The translations under genes were made by a program, and so were the position numbers. Of a DNA stretch of 64,000 nt, positions 10,137 through 20,439 are shown one piece after another; within the stretch, counting starts at the first letter, position 1; every line of letters begins with the position of its first letter. Source of the DNA: Geopsychrobacteraceae bacterium (GTDB lineage Bacteria; Desulfobacterota; Desulfuromonadia; Desulfuromonadales; Geopsychrobacteraceae); contig CAXXTB010000002.1 of NCBI GenBank assembly GCA_963676795.2, positions 1,344,001-1,408,000 of the forward strand, read 5' to 3'. The notes beneath the pieces are model-generated. The model ran no database searches. It saw only the letters and a program-made list of their open reading frames with translations, and was not told where the DNA came from.

Positions 10137-11417
10137 TCAGTTGCGCTGGGGCTTGATCCGTTTTTCATAGATCTCGACGACCGGGTGGGTGGCCTTGAGG
10201 TAGTTGCCTGCGGTCAGGTTGGCGTCGGTCAGGTTCATGGCGCAGCCCGGGCAGGCAGTGAACAGTTGACTGAAGCCGCGCTCCTTGATCTCGGTCGCCT
10301 TCTTCTTGCCTAGCTCCCGGGTGTGCGGATAGTTCTTCAGTGAAAAGGTTCCGCCAAAACCGCAGCAGCTCTGATTCTTTAACGGCTTGAAGTCGGTGAT
10401 GAAGTTGTTCGCTATAAACTTCTGCAATATCGGCGCTTTTGCGCCATTGTAGTGGCAGGGGACATGGAGTGACGAGCTGCCGGTCAGTTCGATTTTGTGT
10501 TCAAGCTGAATGTTGAGAACCTCCGCCATAAAAACGACGATATCCATGACCCGCTTGTTCTTCTGCCGTCCGGTCTTTTTTTCAGCCAGGGACCCCAGAC
10601 CATATTCGCAGGTCGGGCAGCACATCAGGATGGTATCGGCATCCTCTATCGAATCGAAGTAGTCGAAGTTTTTTCCGACCTGTTCGCGATAGAGCTCCAG
10701 CTCGCCCATGGTCGCCGAAGGAATGCCGCAGCAGTTGTTGGTCTTTGGAACATAGACCGAAACACCGTAATGGAGCAGGGTCTCGATCATGGCGATCCCC
10801 CAGTGCACGTAGATCAGGGTCGTTGCGCAGCCGGGATAGAAAATGACCCGCTGTTTTTCGTCTTTGGCCTGGTTGAATCCGCCGTAGAGCTTGGTCAGGG
10901 CCTTGGATGGCATGTCAGCAATGTGGCGGTCAGCCATGTCGCCGAGCATGGGCGAGAGTAGCGCTCCGGCTTTGAAAATACCATCGTCGATCTTTTTGTT
11001 GCCAAGCCGCAGACCGATATGGAAGAGCGGGCTCAGGGCTGCCAGCAGCTGCGGATTGCCCATGGCCGTTTTCAGGATGGCTTTCTGCCAGAGCGGCAAT
11101 TTTTTGACCTGGCGGATGATTGCTTTGCTTTTGAGAAAGATCTCGTCGGTTGCAACGCCGGATGGACAGTTGGTCTTGCAGCGTCCACAGAGAATGCAGT
11201 AGTCGAGATATTCATAGATTTCATCGGCTCTTTCCAGTTTGCCCTGGGCCAATGCTTCGATCAGGAAGATCTTGCCGCGTGCCACGGTCGATTCGTTCAG
11301 GTCCTTCTTGTATAGCGGGCAGACCGATTGGCAGGTTCCACAGCGGCTGCATTGGATCAGCATCTCTTCCAGGGCTTTGAGGTCGGCAATACATTGCGAC
11401 AGATTATTCTGATTCAT
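10137..11417 (-). CDS. glcF: GlcF-like Fe-S subunit of a glycolate/D-lactate dehydrogenase
   Basis: Two CxxCxxCxxxCP motifs (CSRCGTCQSVCP, CILCGRCKTNCP) and two CCG domains (NCCG, SCCGFGG...CPGC). Confidence 0.88.
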   Translation of the reverse strand: MNQNNLSQCIADLKALEEMLIQCSRCGTCQSVCPLYKKDLNESTVARGKIFLIEALAQGKLERADEIYEYLDYCILCGRCKTNCPSGVATDEIFLKSKAIIRQVKKLPLWQKAILKTAMGNPQLLAALSPLFHIGLRLGNKKIDDGIFKAGALLSPMLGDMADRHIADMPSKALTKLYGGFNQAKDEKQRVIFYPGCATTLIYVHWGIAMIETLLHYGVSVYVPKTNNCCGIPSATMGELELYREQVGKNFDYFDSIEDADTILMCCPTCEYGLGSLAEKKTGRQKNKRVMDIVVFMAEVLNIQLEHKIELTGSSSLHVPCHYNGAKAPILQKFIANNFITDFKPLKNQSCCGFGGTFSLKNYPHTRELGKKKATEIKERGFSQLFTACPGCAMNLTDANLTAGNYLKATHPVVEIYEKRIKPQRN

Positions 11418-11427
11418 AAGCAGATCC

Positions 11428-12804
11428 TTAAAGCGCCTGTTTGTGCGGGTTGAGCAGGTTCTTGGGGTCGACGCCAGCCTTGATCGATTTCATGTAGTTA
11501 ATGGTGCCTTGGCCAACTTCGTCAACCATGAAGCTCTGTTTCGCCAGGCCGATTCCATGCTCGCCACTGCAGGTGCCGCCCATTTCGAGGGCTGCGGCAA
11601 ACATGTCGGCAACGGCAGCGTGTACACGTTCCATTTCCGCTTCGTCCCGTTTGTCGCAGAGGATGGTCGGATGCAGGTTGCCGTCTCCAGCGTGGCCGAA
11701 GGTGCCGATAACCAGGTCGTGTCTGGTCTTGATTTCATCCAGAGCCTTGAGGAAATCCGGAATCTTGGTTCTCGGCACGGTAACGTCCTCGAGGACCAGG
11801 GTCGGACGCAGGCGGGCCAGAGAGGAGAGCGCCTTGCGCCGGCCTTCCCACAGGGATTCGCGCTCTGCAGCCGTCTCGGCGACAGTAATCTTGCCGTTGT
11901 TTTCAGCGCAGATGCGCTGGACGATGGCGTATTCCTCTTCAACAACGGCCGGGTGTCCGTCGACTTCAAGCAGCAGCAGTGCGGTTGCGTCGATCGGCAT
12001 GTCCGCTCCGGTTGCTTCATGGACGGTCCTGATCGTGAAGTTGTCCATCAGTTCCATGGTCGCCGGCAGAACGTGGCTGCGGATGATGCCGGAAACGGTA
12101 TTGCCGGCGTCGATCATATCATCAAACGAGACCAGCATCGCTTTGTGGGCCTTGCTTGGCGGAACCAGTTTGAGGATACACTCGGTAATGACGCCAAGCT
12201 GGCCTTCGGACTGGGACAGCAGTCCCGTCAGGTTGAATCCGGTACAGAGTTTGACCGTTTTCCCCCCCGCCTTGACGATATTACCGGCCATGTCGCAGAA
12301 GGTTGCGCCCATAACGTAGTCTTTGGTAACGCCGTATTTGAGGCCGCGCAGGCCGCCGGCATTCTCGGCGATATTGCCACCGATGGTCGACATCTTCTGT
12401 GAGCCCGGATCGGGCGGGTAGAAGAGGCCGGCCTGTTGAACTGCCTCGGCAAATTCAGCGGTTATGACACCTGGCTGGACGACGGCATACATATCGTCGG
12501 TATTGATTTCAAGAATCCTGTTCATCCTGGTCATCAGGATAATGCAACCGCCGGCCACCGGAATTGTCGAGCCCGCCAGGTTGGTGCCGGAACCACGGGT
12601 GATCAGGGGAATGTCATGTTCCGAGCAGAGCCTGCAGATTGCCGCGACCTCTTCGGTGGTTTCCGGCCTCACGACCAGGTCAGGAAGGACCGGATCTTCA
12701 ACCGAGGAATCAAAGCTGTAAAGTACCAGATCGCTCGGTTGATCCCAGTAGTCGTTATCGCCGACAATGGCCTTGAAGCTATTCAGAACAGATTTGGCAA
12801 TCAT
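11428..12804 (-). CDS. glcD: GlcD-like FAD-linked 2-hydroxyacid (glycolate/D-lactate) oxidoreductase
   Basis: RGSGTNL, YPPDPGS, GGNIAENAGG..LKYGVT, GHAGDGNLHP, SGEHGIG, LLNP. Confidence 0.92.
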   Translation of the reverse strand: MIAKSVLNSFKAIVGDNDYWDQPSDLVLYSFDSSVEDPVLPDLVVRPETTEEVAAICRLCSEHDIPLITRGSGTNLAGSTIPVAGGCIILMTRMNRILEINTDDMYAVVQPGVITAEFAEAVQQAGLFYPPDPGSQKMSTIGGNIAENAGGLRGLKYGVTKDYVMGATFCDMAGNIVKAGGKTVKLCTGFNLTGLLSQSEGQLGVITECILKLVPPSKAHKAMLVSFDDMIDAGNTVSGIIRSHVLPATMELMDNFTIRTVHEATGADMPIDATALLLLEVDGHPAVVEEEYAIVQRICAENNGKITVAETAAERESLWEGRRKALSSLARLRPTLVLEDVTVPRTKIPDFLKALDEIKTRHDLVIGTFGHAGDGNLHPTILCDKRDEAEMERVHAAVADMFAAALEMGGTCSGEHGIGLAKQSFMVDEVGQGTINYMKSIKAGVDPKNLLNPHKQAL

Positions 12805-12976
12805 TCTTTTGCCCTTTCTTGGTGTATTGCTGTCATGTTACCGGACGCTATGGAGTTGTCCTCAGTCAGGCTCTTTCGACCAGTAAACTTGCATAATGCA
12901 GTTAGGATTTGGAGCTACTTAAATTGGCGGTGGCTTGCTTCCGCTGGTCTATTTAGTGTTCAGGTGGACGGTAAAG

Positions 12977-12987
12977 TGGTCAGACCA
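12977..12987. promoter_or_regulatory. FadR-subfamily (LldR/PdhR/GlcC-type) operator
   Basis: TGGTCAGACCA matches the TGGTnnnACCA core; lies between divergent glcD and lctP, near a FadR-family gene. Confidence 0.65.
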
Positions 12988-13124
12988 AACACATATAGGT
13001 GTAATGTATGAGCTGCTATGAAGTCAAGCATTTTTAAAACTGTGTATCCATCACGTAAAAGACTGATAAATCGTCATTATTATGTCATTGGCCGGGAAAA
13101 TTGCGCGGTAATTCATTGGGAAAT

Positions 13125-13151
13125 AAATAAAATGGTAATGCCATTTTATTT
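13125..13151. promoter_or_regulatory. Second FadR-type operator (extended palindrome)
   Basis: AAATAAAATGG-TAATG-CCATTTTATTT, perfect 11-bp arms around TGGTAATGCCA. Confidence 0.6.
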
Positions 13152-13384
13152 TTGTGTATCTTCAATCGGAAAATCTGTTATTGTGCCGTTGTGACCTGCC
13201 CGGTGTATACCCTGTGTCGGTTGTAAGTGACCTGAATTGTGTGCAAAATTGTGCATTTTGTTCGTTTTGCATGGTTTTTTTACAGGTTTAGAATGCTTTT
13301 TAGGTTTCGATTATCTGGCCGGTTCTTGAGTTACTGAACGCGCCTTCCGGCCTGTTTGTATATCTGTCTGACAGGAGTTAATGT

Positions 13385-14980
13385 ATGGCTATAATCATGT
13401 CTCTTTTCCCGATTGTTCTGCTGATCTGGTTGATGACAAAAAAGAACAACATGCCGTCTTTCAGGGCGCTGCCACTGGTTGCTCTGCTGCTCTATCTGGT
13501 TAAGCTCATTTATTTCGATTTTGACGCGAACCTGGTCAATGCCACGGTGATCAGTGGTCTGCTCTCGGCCTGGGTACCGATCACAATTGTTTTTGGTGCG
13601 GTTTTTCTGTTTAAGACCATGGAATACACCGGAGCTATGGACATCCTCAGGACCTGGCTGAACGGGATCACAACCAATAAGGTGGCTCAGGCCATGATTA
13701 TCGGTTGGGCTTTCGCTTTTCTGATAGAGGGGGCGTCAGGTTTTGGAACTCCTGCAGCTATTGCGGCTCCGATCCTGGTCGGGCTCGGTTTTAAACCGGT
13801 CCGGGTTGCTATCCTCTGCCTGATCATGAACTCTGTTCCTGTTCATTTCGGTGCGGTCGGTACTCCTGGTTGGTTTGGTCTTGGTATCGGTGCCAAACTG
13901 ACCGATCCTGAACTGCTGATTCTTGGTCAGAAGGCCGCGATTATTCATACCGCTGCTGCGCTGGTTATACCGGTTATTGCTCTGGTCTTTGCCCTTGAGT
14001 GGAAGGTTGTCCGTCGTAATCTTGTTTTTGTCTATCTGAGCATTATCGCGACCATGGTTCCTTACCTGGTTTCGGCTTTCTTCAGCTTTGAATTTCCTTC
14101 AATTGTCGGCGGTGCTATCGGAACGGTGGCGTCGATTATCTTTGCCGTTATGGGCTGGGGCCTGAATAAATCTGACGGTGAAACCATCCATAGTGAAATT
14201 TCCATCGGCAAGGTTGTTGTGGCCTCCTTTCCGCTATGGGGGACTGTCCTGCTGTTGCTGGTTACCCGCATCAAGGCATTCGGGCTGCTGCCGCTGCTGA
14301 AAAGCACCTCGCCGCTGTTTGATCTCGATCTCGGTTCTCTCGGCTCTCTTGGCGTGACCAAGGCATTGGTCATCAATGTCGGTCAGATCTTCGGAACTTC
14401 GGTCAAGTTTTCCTACCAGGCACTCTATGTCCCTTGTCTGATTCCGTTCATCCTGATTTCGGTGATTGCCTTTCTCGTCTTCAGGGCCAAGGGGCAGGTT
14501 ATTGTCCGGGTCACGAGTGAATCTGTATCGCAGATGAAAAAACCCACCCTTGCCCTGCTCGGTGCGCTGGTTTTTGTCCAGTTGCTGAAGCTCGGTACCG
14601 CAGATATTCAGCCTAACACCCTGATCATCGGCAATGCTTTCGCCCATGTCTTTGGTGGGGCCTGGTCTTTCCTGGCTGCTTATCTGGGGGCCCTGGGTGC
14701 ATTCTTTTCCGGTTCCAATACGGTAGCAAACCTGACCTTTGGCGGCATTCAGGCGTCTATCGCCACTTCGTTGGGGCTGGATAAGCTGACGATCCTGGCG
14801 ATGCAGTCAGTCGGCGGCGGTATGGGGAATATGACCTGTATCCATAATATCGTTGCGGTCTGTTCTGTTCTCGGTCTGGCCAATTCAGAAGGCTTTATCC
14901 TGAAGCGCACGGCCATTCCGATGGTTATCTATGGAATTATCGCCGGTATTGTCGGTTCCGTACTGCTCTGGATTGCTTAG
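13385..14980 (+). CDS. lctP: L-lactate/glycolate permease (LctP family)
   Basis: FLIEGASGFGTPAAIAAPILVGLGF, NSVPVHFGAVGTP, GAFFSGSNTVANLTFG. Confidence 0.93.
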   Translation: MAIIMSLFPIVLLIWLMTKKNNMPSFRALPLVALLLYLVKLIYFDFDANLVNATVISGLLSAWVPITIVFGAVFLFKTMEYTGAMDILRTWLNGITTNKVAQAMIIGWAFAFLIEGASGFGTPAAIAAPILVGLGFKPVRVAILCLIMNSVPVHFGAVGTPGWFGLGIGAKLTDPELLILGQKAAIIHTAAALVIPVIALVFALEWKVVRRNLVFVYLSIIATMVPYLVSAFFSFEFPSIVGGAIGTVASIIFAVMGWGLNKSDGETIHSEISIGKVVVASFPLWGTVLLLLVTRIKAFGLLPLLKSTSPLFDLDLGSLGSLGVTKALVINVGQIFGTSVKFSYQALYVPCLIPFILISVIAFLVFRAKGQVIVRVTSESVSQMKKPTLALLGALVFVQLLKLGTADIQPNTLIIGNAFAHVFGGAWSFLAAYLGALGAFFSGSNTVANLTFGGIQASIATSLGLDKLTILAMQSVGGGMGNMTCIHNIVAVCSVLGLANSEGFILKRTAIPMVIYGIIAGIVGSVLLWIA

Positions 14981-15014
14981 GGAAATTATTTCTCTTTCTG
15001 GCTTTTGCGTAAAT

Positions 15015-15056
15015 TAAAGGCAGTACATGTTGTTTCGGTGACTTGTGCTGCCTTTA
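15015..15056 (+). terminator. Hairpin after lctP
   Basis: TAAAGGCAG...CTGCCTTTA inverted repeat. Confidence 0.45.
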
Positions 15057-15100
15057 TCGTTTATGTATAACAGGTCATGTTGCAATTACAGGAGAGGTCC

Positions 15101-15829
15101 ATGTCCACAGTATTCAAGCCGATTCAGCCCAAAAAACTCTCGGAAGAGATTGTTGATCAGATCCGCGAGCTGATTGTCAGCGGTTCGCTCGGACCGGGAG
15201 AGAAGATCCCATCGGAACGCGAGCTCGCCACTCTGCTGGGGGTCAGTCGCCCCTCAGTCCGCGAAGCGATCATGGTTCTTGAGGCACTGGGCTATCTGGA
15301 ATCGCGCCAGGGGGGAGGGACCTTTGTCCGGTCGATGGCTGACGCAGCGCTGGCGGATCCCTTGACGTCGATGGTTGAGAGCAGGGATCCTCGTGCTCTG
15401 CTCGCGCTGACGGAGATCCGCATCGGCCTTGAGGCCTGGTCGGCATATCTTGCCGCCAAGCGGGCAACCGTTGATGACATCGCACGCTTACGCAAGCTTT
15501 ATGCGGTGATGGAAAAGCAGGCTGTTGACGGTGGCTGGGATCCGGAGGTCGATATCCAGTTTCACCTGACAATAACGGCTGCCACGCACAATACGCTTCA
15601 GGTTCATATCCTTGATACGGTGCAGAATCTCTACAAGACGACCATCATGGTTGCGCTGGGTGAATTCTACCGCAAGGAAGGGTATATCGAGCTCCTGCTC
15701 GAATTTCACCGGGAGATCCTTGAAGCAATCGAAGCGCGTGATGCTGAGAGGGCCCGCCAGGGGATGTTGCGCCATCTGACTTTTGTCGAAGAGCAGCTGG
15801 AGTTGTTTCTCGACCGAGGGCAGGAGTGA
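15101..15829 (+). CDS. GntR/FadR-family regulator (LldR/PdhR-like)
   Basis: wHTH PSERELATLLGVSRPSVREA..GGGTFV plus FCD domain (FH...THN...HREI); GGAGAGG RBS before the ATG at 15101. Confidence 0.92.
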   Translation: MSTVFKPIQPKKLSEEIVDQIRELIVSGSLGPGEKIPSERELATLLGVSRPSVREAIMVLEALGYLESRQGGGTFVRSMADAALADPLTSMVESRDPRALLALTEIRIGLEAWSAYLAAKRATVDDIARLRKLYAVMEKQAVDGGWDPEVDIQFHLTITAATHNTLQVHILDTVQNLYKTTIMVALGEFYRKEGYIELLLEFHREILEAIEARDAERARQGMLRHLTFVEEQLELFLDRGQE

Positions 15830-15853
15830 AATGGTTCAGAATGCCGAAATATG

Positions 15854-15886
15854 AAAAAGGAGCAGTCAGCGACTGCTCCTTTTTTT
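15854..15886. terminator. Bidirectional intrinsic terminator
   Basis: AAAAAGGAGCAGTC-AGC-GACTGCTCCTTTTTTT between convergent genes. Confidence 0.85.
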
Positions 15887-15897
15887 GTTGAAGGATA

Positions 15898-17103
15898 CTA
15901 TTTCATGCTGCATCCGGTTTCGGCAACCGGAACAACAGTGACGTCAGCCGGGACCATTGCAGCTTCACCAACGAAGACATGGTCAAAGTATGGCTGGTCT
16001 TTGACCATGGTTGCAACCCAGGCTGGCTGGATGGTCTGGTGGTCTTCGGCACGCATGAACATTTCGCCACCGACCCCTTTGTAGGTCAACCCTTCCCAGG
16101 CTTTAATAACCTTGTCGACATCATCGGAACCGGCTTTTTTGACCGCTTCGGCCCAGAACATGATCGATGCGTAGGATTTGCCGTTCAGGCCGGTCGGGTA
16201 ATAGCCCTTGTCCTTGTGGAACTGCTCGACAAAAGCTTTGTTTTCCGGGGTCGGAATGGTGATCATGTAGGAATCGCCGGTTGCGTTGCCGGCAATGGCG
16301 TCGTCATCAGCAATCCCTTTGACCAGGAACGGATCGTTCAGGTAGTAGGAAACGACCTTGGCCTTGAGGCCGAGGGATTTGCCCTGTTTGATCAGCAGGG
16401 TCAGGTCGTTGCCCCAGTTCGGGGAAAAGATCATTTCTGCACCGGATTCTATGATCTGGCTGACATAGGGAGCAAAGTCCTTTTCGCCGATTTTGTGAAA
16501 GATCGGGTTGATGATTTCGACATTGGGGTTGAGTTCCTTCAGCTTCTTGTTGAAGGCGGCGACCGCTTCATGACCGAAAGAGTAGTCCTGGCCGATGGCG
16601 ATGACCTTTTTCGCTCCGCTTTGAGCGACCCAATAGGCCAGGGCGTAGGAGTGGTTGTCGGTGTTCAGGCTGGTGCGGAAGAAGTTGCGTGAGCATTTTT
16701 CACCGGTCAGGCTGGCTGCGGCCATGCCGTAGGAGATCATGATGCCGCCATTTTTCTCAGCGAGGACTGACATGGCAGCGCCGACCGAACTGCCTGAACC
16801 GCCGGCAAAGTATTTGACGTCGTCTTTGAGAATGAGCTTGCTGGCTTTCCGGGTGGCACTGTCCGGTTTCATTTCGGAATCGATGGCAATAACCTCGATC
16901 TTTTTACCGAGCAGGCCGCCCTGAGCGTTGATGACCTCAGCCGCGTATTCGGCACCGGCAAAGTAGCGATCGCCCGTGTCTTTGAAGGTTCCCGAAAGTG
17001 GTTCGACGATGCCGATCTTGATGGTTTTGGCCGCAAAGGCAGGAACTGCTGCAATTAGCAGTGCCAGCGTGGCCGTAAGCAGGACGGAACTCAATTTTTT
17101 CAT
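15898..17103 (-). CDS. LIV/HAAT-family ABC periplasmic substrate-binding protein
   Basis: Signal peptide, IKIGIVEPLSG, INAQGGLLGKKIE, QDYSFG, DFAPYVSQI. Confidence 0.88.
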   Translation of the reverse strand: MKKLSSVLLTATLALLIAAVPAFAAKTIKIGIVEPLSGTFKDTGDRYFAGAEYAAEVINAQGGLLGKKIEVIAIDSEMKPDSATRKASKLILKDDVKYFAGGSGSSVGAAMSVLAEKNGGIMISYGMAAASLTGEKCSRNFFRTSLNTDNHSYALAYWVAQSGAKKVIAIGQDYSFGHEAVAAFNKKLKELNPNVEIINPIFHKIGEKDFAPYVSQIIESGAEMIFSPNWGNDLTLLIKQGKSLGLKAKVVSYYLNDPFLVKGIADDDAIAGNATGDSYMITIPTPENKAFVEQFHKDKGYYPTGLNGKSYASIMFWAEAVKKAGSDDVDKVIKAWEGLTYKGVGGEMFMRAEDHQTIQPAWVATMVKDQPYFDHVFVGEAAMVPADVTVVPVAETGCSMK

Positions 17104-17132
17104 ACTGCTACCTCCCTTGATAAGTGTGTGAA

Positions 17133-17837
17133 TCAGACCTCCAGGTATGTCTTGCGAATATCCTCTGCTGCGTGCAGAGCATCTTTATCCCCTTCAAAAA
17201 CGATCTTCCCTTTACCCATGACATAAAAACGGCTGGCGACCTTGATCGCCGCCTTGAAGTTTTGTTCGACCATCAGGATCGAGACACCCGACTCAAGAAC
17301 GTGGGCGAGCATGTCAAGAACGTCCTTGACGATCAGTGGCGCCAGCCCCTCGGTCGGTTCATCGATGAGGATCAGTTCCGGGTTGCCCATCAGGGTGCGC
17401 GCGACAGTCAGCATCTGCTGCTCGCCGCCGGAGAGGTGGGCACCCTTGTTCTTGTAGCGTTCCTTGAGGCGCGGGAAAGCTTCGTAGATCCGTTCCAGGT
17501 TCCACTGGGGACCGGAGCCGATCCCCTTCTTGATACCGATCTGCAGGTTCTCATTGACGGTCAGGCTTTTAAATATGCGGCGTTCCTCGGGAACAAAACC
17601 CATCCCCAGACGGGCGATGGCAAAGGGGGGCTTGCCGGCAACATCCGCACCTTTGAACAGCACTTTGCCCGAACGTGGCGTGACCACGCCCATGATGCTC
17701 TTCAGGGTTGTCGATTTGCCGACACCGTTACGCCCCAGCAGGCAGACCATCTCGCCGGATTTGATCTCAAGGGTCACGCCGTGCAGGATGTGGCTTTTGT
17801 CGTAGTAGCTGTGGATGTCATCAACCTGTAACAGCAT
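17133..17837 (-). CDS. livF: LivF-type ABC ATPase
   Basis: GRNGVGKST, VPEERRIF, FPRLKER, LSGGEQQML, DEPTEGLAP. Confidence 0.9.
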   Translation of the reverse strand: MLLQVDDIHSYYDKSHILHGVTLEIKSGEMVCLLGRNGVGKSTTLKSIMGVVTPRSGKVLFKGADVAGKPPFAIARLGMGFVPEERRIFKSLTVNENLQIGIKKGIGSGPQWNLERIYEAFPRLKERYKNKGAHLSGGEQQMLTVARTLMGNPELILIDEPTEGLAPLIVKDVLDMLAHVLESGVSILMVEQNFKAAIKVASRFYVMGKGKIVFEGDKDALHAAEDIRKTYLEV

Positions 17838-18575
17838 TTATTCCTCCTCGCCCAGATAAGCATCTTTGACGCGTTGATCGTTGCGAATCTTGTCGGGGGT
17901 GTCCGACGCCAGAATGGTGCCGTAGTGGAGCACGGAAATGGTGTCGGCCAGGGTGAAGACGACATCCATGTCGTGCTCGATGATCAGCAGACTCTTGTCG
18001 ACTGTGACCTTCTGGATCAGTTCGATCGCTTCAGCTGTTTCCTCGCGTGTCATACCGGCCGTCGGTTCATCGAGCAGAATCATCTCCGGTTCGGTCGACA
18101 GGGTCACACCGATCTCAAGAGCGCGTTGCTGACCATAGGAGAGTTCTCTGGCCGTGGTATCGGTGACCTTTTCCAGGCCGACCTCCTCGATGATTGCCCG
18201 CGTCTTGTCGCAGATCTCCTTGTTGCTGGTCGGTGACTTGAAGAAGTTGTAACGCATCCCGTGGTGGCAGCGTACGCCGGCGATGACGTTGTCAAAGACG
18301 CTCAGCTCCTGAAAGACATTGGTGATCTGAAAGGAACGGGAGAGGTTCATGCGGTTGCGGATGTGCGGCGGCTCGCGGGTGATGTCCTTGTCCTTGAAGG
18401 TCACTCGTCCCGAAGTCGGCCGGAACTTGCCGCTGATGATGTTGAACAGGGTGGTCTTGCCGGCGCCGTTCGGACCGATGATCGCGTGGTTTTCCCTGTC
18501 GGCAACCTTGAAGGTGACTTCCTTGAGGACTTCGAGGCCGGAGAAGTTCTTTTTGATCTGATTGACATCAAGCAT
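17838..18575 (-). CDS. livG: LivG-type ABC ATPase
   Basis: GPNGAGKTT, RSFQ, LSYGQQRALE, DEPTAGM, IEHDM, AYLG. Confidence 0.9.
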   Translation of the reverse strand: MLDVNQIKKNFSGLEVLKEVTFKVADRENHAIIGPNGAGKTTLFNIISGKFRPTSGRVTFKDKDITREPPHIRNRMNLSRSFQITNVFQELSVFDNVIAGVRCHHGMRYNFFKSPTSNKEICDKTRAIIEEVGLEKVTDTTARELSYGQQRALEIGVTLSTEPEMILLDEPTAGMTREETAEAIELIQKVTVDKSLLIIEHDMDVVFTLADTISVLHYGTILASDTPDKIRNDQRVKDAYLGEEE

Positions 18576-18577
18576 GG

Positions 18578-19579
18578 TCAGTTCTCCTCTACGCAGGGGC
18601 TGGAGTCGTTGTCGTCAGGAGTTCTTCGTTGCCTGATCTTGTCGATAATGAAATCGCCGAGGCCGGAAATCCCTTTGGGGACGTAGAGAATCATGAAGAT
18701 GAAGATCAGCCCCATGACCAACGGCCAGCGATCGGTGATGTCACTCAGGTAGTCCTGCAGGTAGATGTAGACGCAGGCACCGATCAACGGACCGGCAAAA
18801 TAGCGGCTGCCACCGATGATGACCATCAGGATGACCGAGGTCGACATGTCGAGGCTGATCGAGGAGATCGAGGTGAATTCATAGAACAGGGTATAGAAGG
18901 AGCCGGCCAGTCCGGCCAGGGCTCCGGTAAAGATAAACAGGATCAGCCGGCTGATATTGGTGTTGTAGCCGAGAAAGCGCATCCGTTCTTCATTCTCGCG
19001 CATCAGCACCACGGTTTTGCCCATGGCCGTTTTGGTGAAAAACCAGCAGAACAGGACCACCAGGCCGATAACGATCAGGGCCAGGTAGTAGAAGAAGGTT
19101 ATCCCTGAGGTGTCGACGCTGGTTACGCCCAGATTGATCGGTGGGCGGAAGATGCTCAGGCCGTCATCTCCGCCGGTGATGGTGTACCATTTCATCGCGA
19201 TGGCGAAAAACAGCGCATTGAAGGCCAGTGTCAGCAGGGCAAAGGGAGTTCCTTTGTGACGCAGCAGCAGGCTACCGACGATCAATCCGGCGATGATGGT
19301 CACGATCAGACTGAGGAAGACCGCACTGATCAGGCTTAAGCCGTCGATCTGGGTGATGAAGATGGCTGTGGCATAGGAGCCGATGCCGAAGAACATCGCA
19401 TGGCCGAAGGAGAGCAGGCCGCCATAGCCGAGCAGCAGGTTGTAGCTGATGGCAAAAAGGCCGAAGATGAACATCTCGCTGAGCAGTGAGATATAGTACC
19501 TGTGGGTGAAGGCGGGCAGGATAAATAACAGCAGGGCAATAACGGCAACGCTGATCAGCGTGGAGCGATTTTTCAGCAT
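18578..19579 (-). CDS. livM: LivM-type ABC permease
   Basis: NLLLGYGGLLSFGHAMFFGIG, TGGDDG, RENEERMRFLG. Confidence 0.9.
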   Translation of the reverse strand: MLKNRSTLISVAVIALLLFILPAFTHRYYISLLSEMFIFGLFAISYNLLLGYGGLLSFGHAMFFGIGSYATAIFITQIDGLSLISAVFLSLIVTIIAGLIVGSLLLRHKGTPFALLTLAFNALFFAIAMKWYTITGGDDGLSIFRPPINLGVTSVDTSGITFFYYLALIVIGLVVLFCWFFTKTAMGKTVVLMRENEERMRFLGYNTNISRLILFIFTGALAGLAGSFYTLFYEFTSISSISLDMSTSVILMVIIGGSRYFAGPLIGACVYIYLQDYLSDITDRWPLVMGLIFIFMILYVPKGISGLGDFIIDKIRQRRTPDDNDSSPCVEEN

Positions 19580-20439
19580 TACAGGTCCTCCCCGAACAGG
19601 CCGGAAGGTTTGACGACAAGCACTATAGCCATCAGCAGGTACATCAGGGCCAGCGACAGTTTCGGAAAGAACAGGGCGCCGAACGACTGCAGTTCTCCGA
19701 TCATCAGTGAGGCGACCAGCGCGCCGCCGAGGCTGCCCATGCCGCCGATAACGATAACGACAAAGGCGTCGACCAGAATCTCAGCGGCCATGCCCGGGTA
19801 GGTGGTCAGCAGCGGCCCGGCGATGACCCCGGCAAAACCGGAGAGTCCGGCGCCGAGGCCGAAGATGCTCATAAATACCAGTGGGACATTGATCCCCAGA
19901 GCGTTGACCATTCCGTGATCGTCAACAGCAGCCCGAACGATGATGCCAAGCCTGGTTTTATAGAGCAGAAAGGCCATGATCAGACAGACCAGGACAGCGC
20001 AGCCGAGCATGAACAGGCGATAGATCGGGTAGGGTAGTCCGAACAGGGTGATTGACTCGGTCAGGAACCCATCCAGGTTGACGCCCAGGGGGAAGTTGCC
20101 CCAGATCCACTTGACCAGTTCGGTGATAACGTAGGCGACCCCGAAGGTGACCAGCAGTTCATGGACATGCCCGTACTTATGGGCTTTTACCAGCAGGAAC
20201 TTCTGGATCAGGGAGCCGATGACGAACAGGATGATCGGACAGACGATCAATGACAGGTAGAAATTTCCGGTCCATTGCAGAAAGCTGTACGACAGATAGG
20301 CCCCGAGCATATAGAAGGATGCGTGGGCCAGGTTCAGCACATTCATCATGCCGAAAACCATCGTCAGGCCGGAAGAAATGAGAAAGAGCAGACCTGCGTA
20401 GACGAGGCCATGAAGGAAGAAAACCGCGAGATCCGTCAT
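19579..20439 (-). CDS. livH: LivH-type ABC permease
   Basis: GLTMVFGMMNVLNLAHASFYMLGAY, TRLGIIVRA, VIGGMGS, KPSGLFG; start moved to the ATG at 20439. Confidence 0.9.
   Translation of the reverse strand: MTDLAVFFLHGLVYAGLLFLISSGLTMVFGMMNVLNLAHASFYMLGAYLSYSFLQWTGNFYLSLIVCPIILFVIGSLIQKFLLVKAHKYGHVHELLVTFGVAYVITELVKWIWGNFPLGVNLDGFLTESITLFGLPYPIYRLFMLGCAVLVCLIMAFLLYKTRLGIIVRAAVDDHGMVNALGINVPLVFMSIFGLGAGLSGFAGVIAGPLLTTYPGMAAEILVDAFVVIVIGGMGSLGGALVASLMIGELQSFGALFFPKLSLALMYLLMAIVLVVKPSGLFGEDL

Noticed and set aside
11443..12402. Long antisense ORFs (319 aa here; also 38819-40114, 33741-34763, 60516-61400)
   Set aside because: They lie opposite well-supported genes and have no motifs; expected shadow ORFs in GC-rich coding DNA
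13088..13105. Sigma54 promoter TTGGCCGGGAAAATTGC upstream of lctP
   Set aside because: GG-to-GC spacing is 11 nt rather than the required 10
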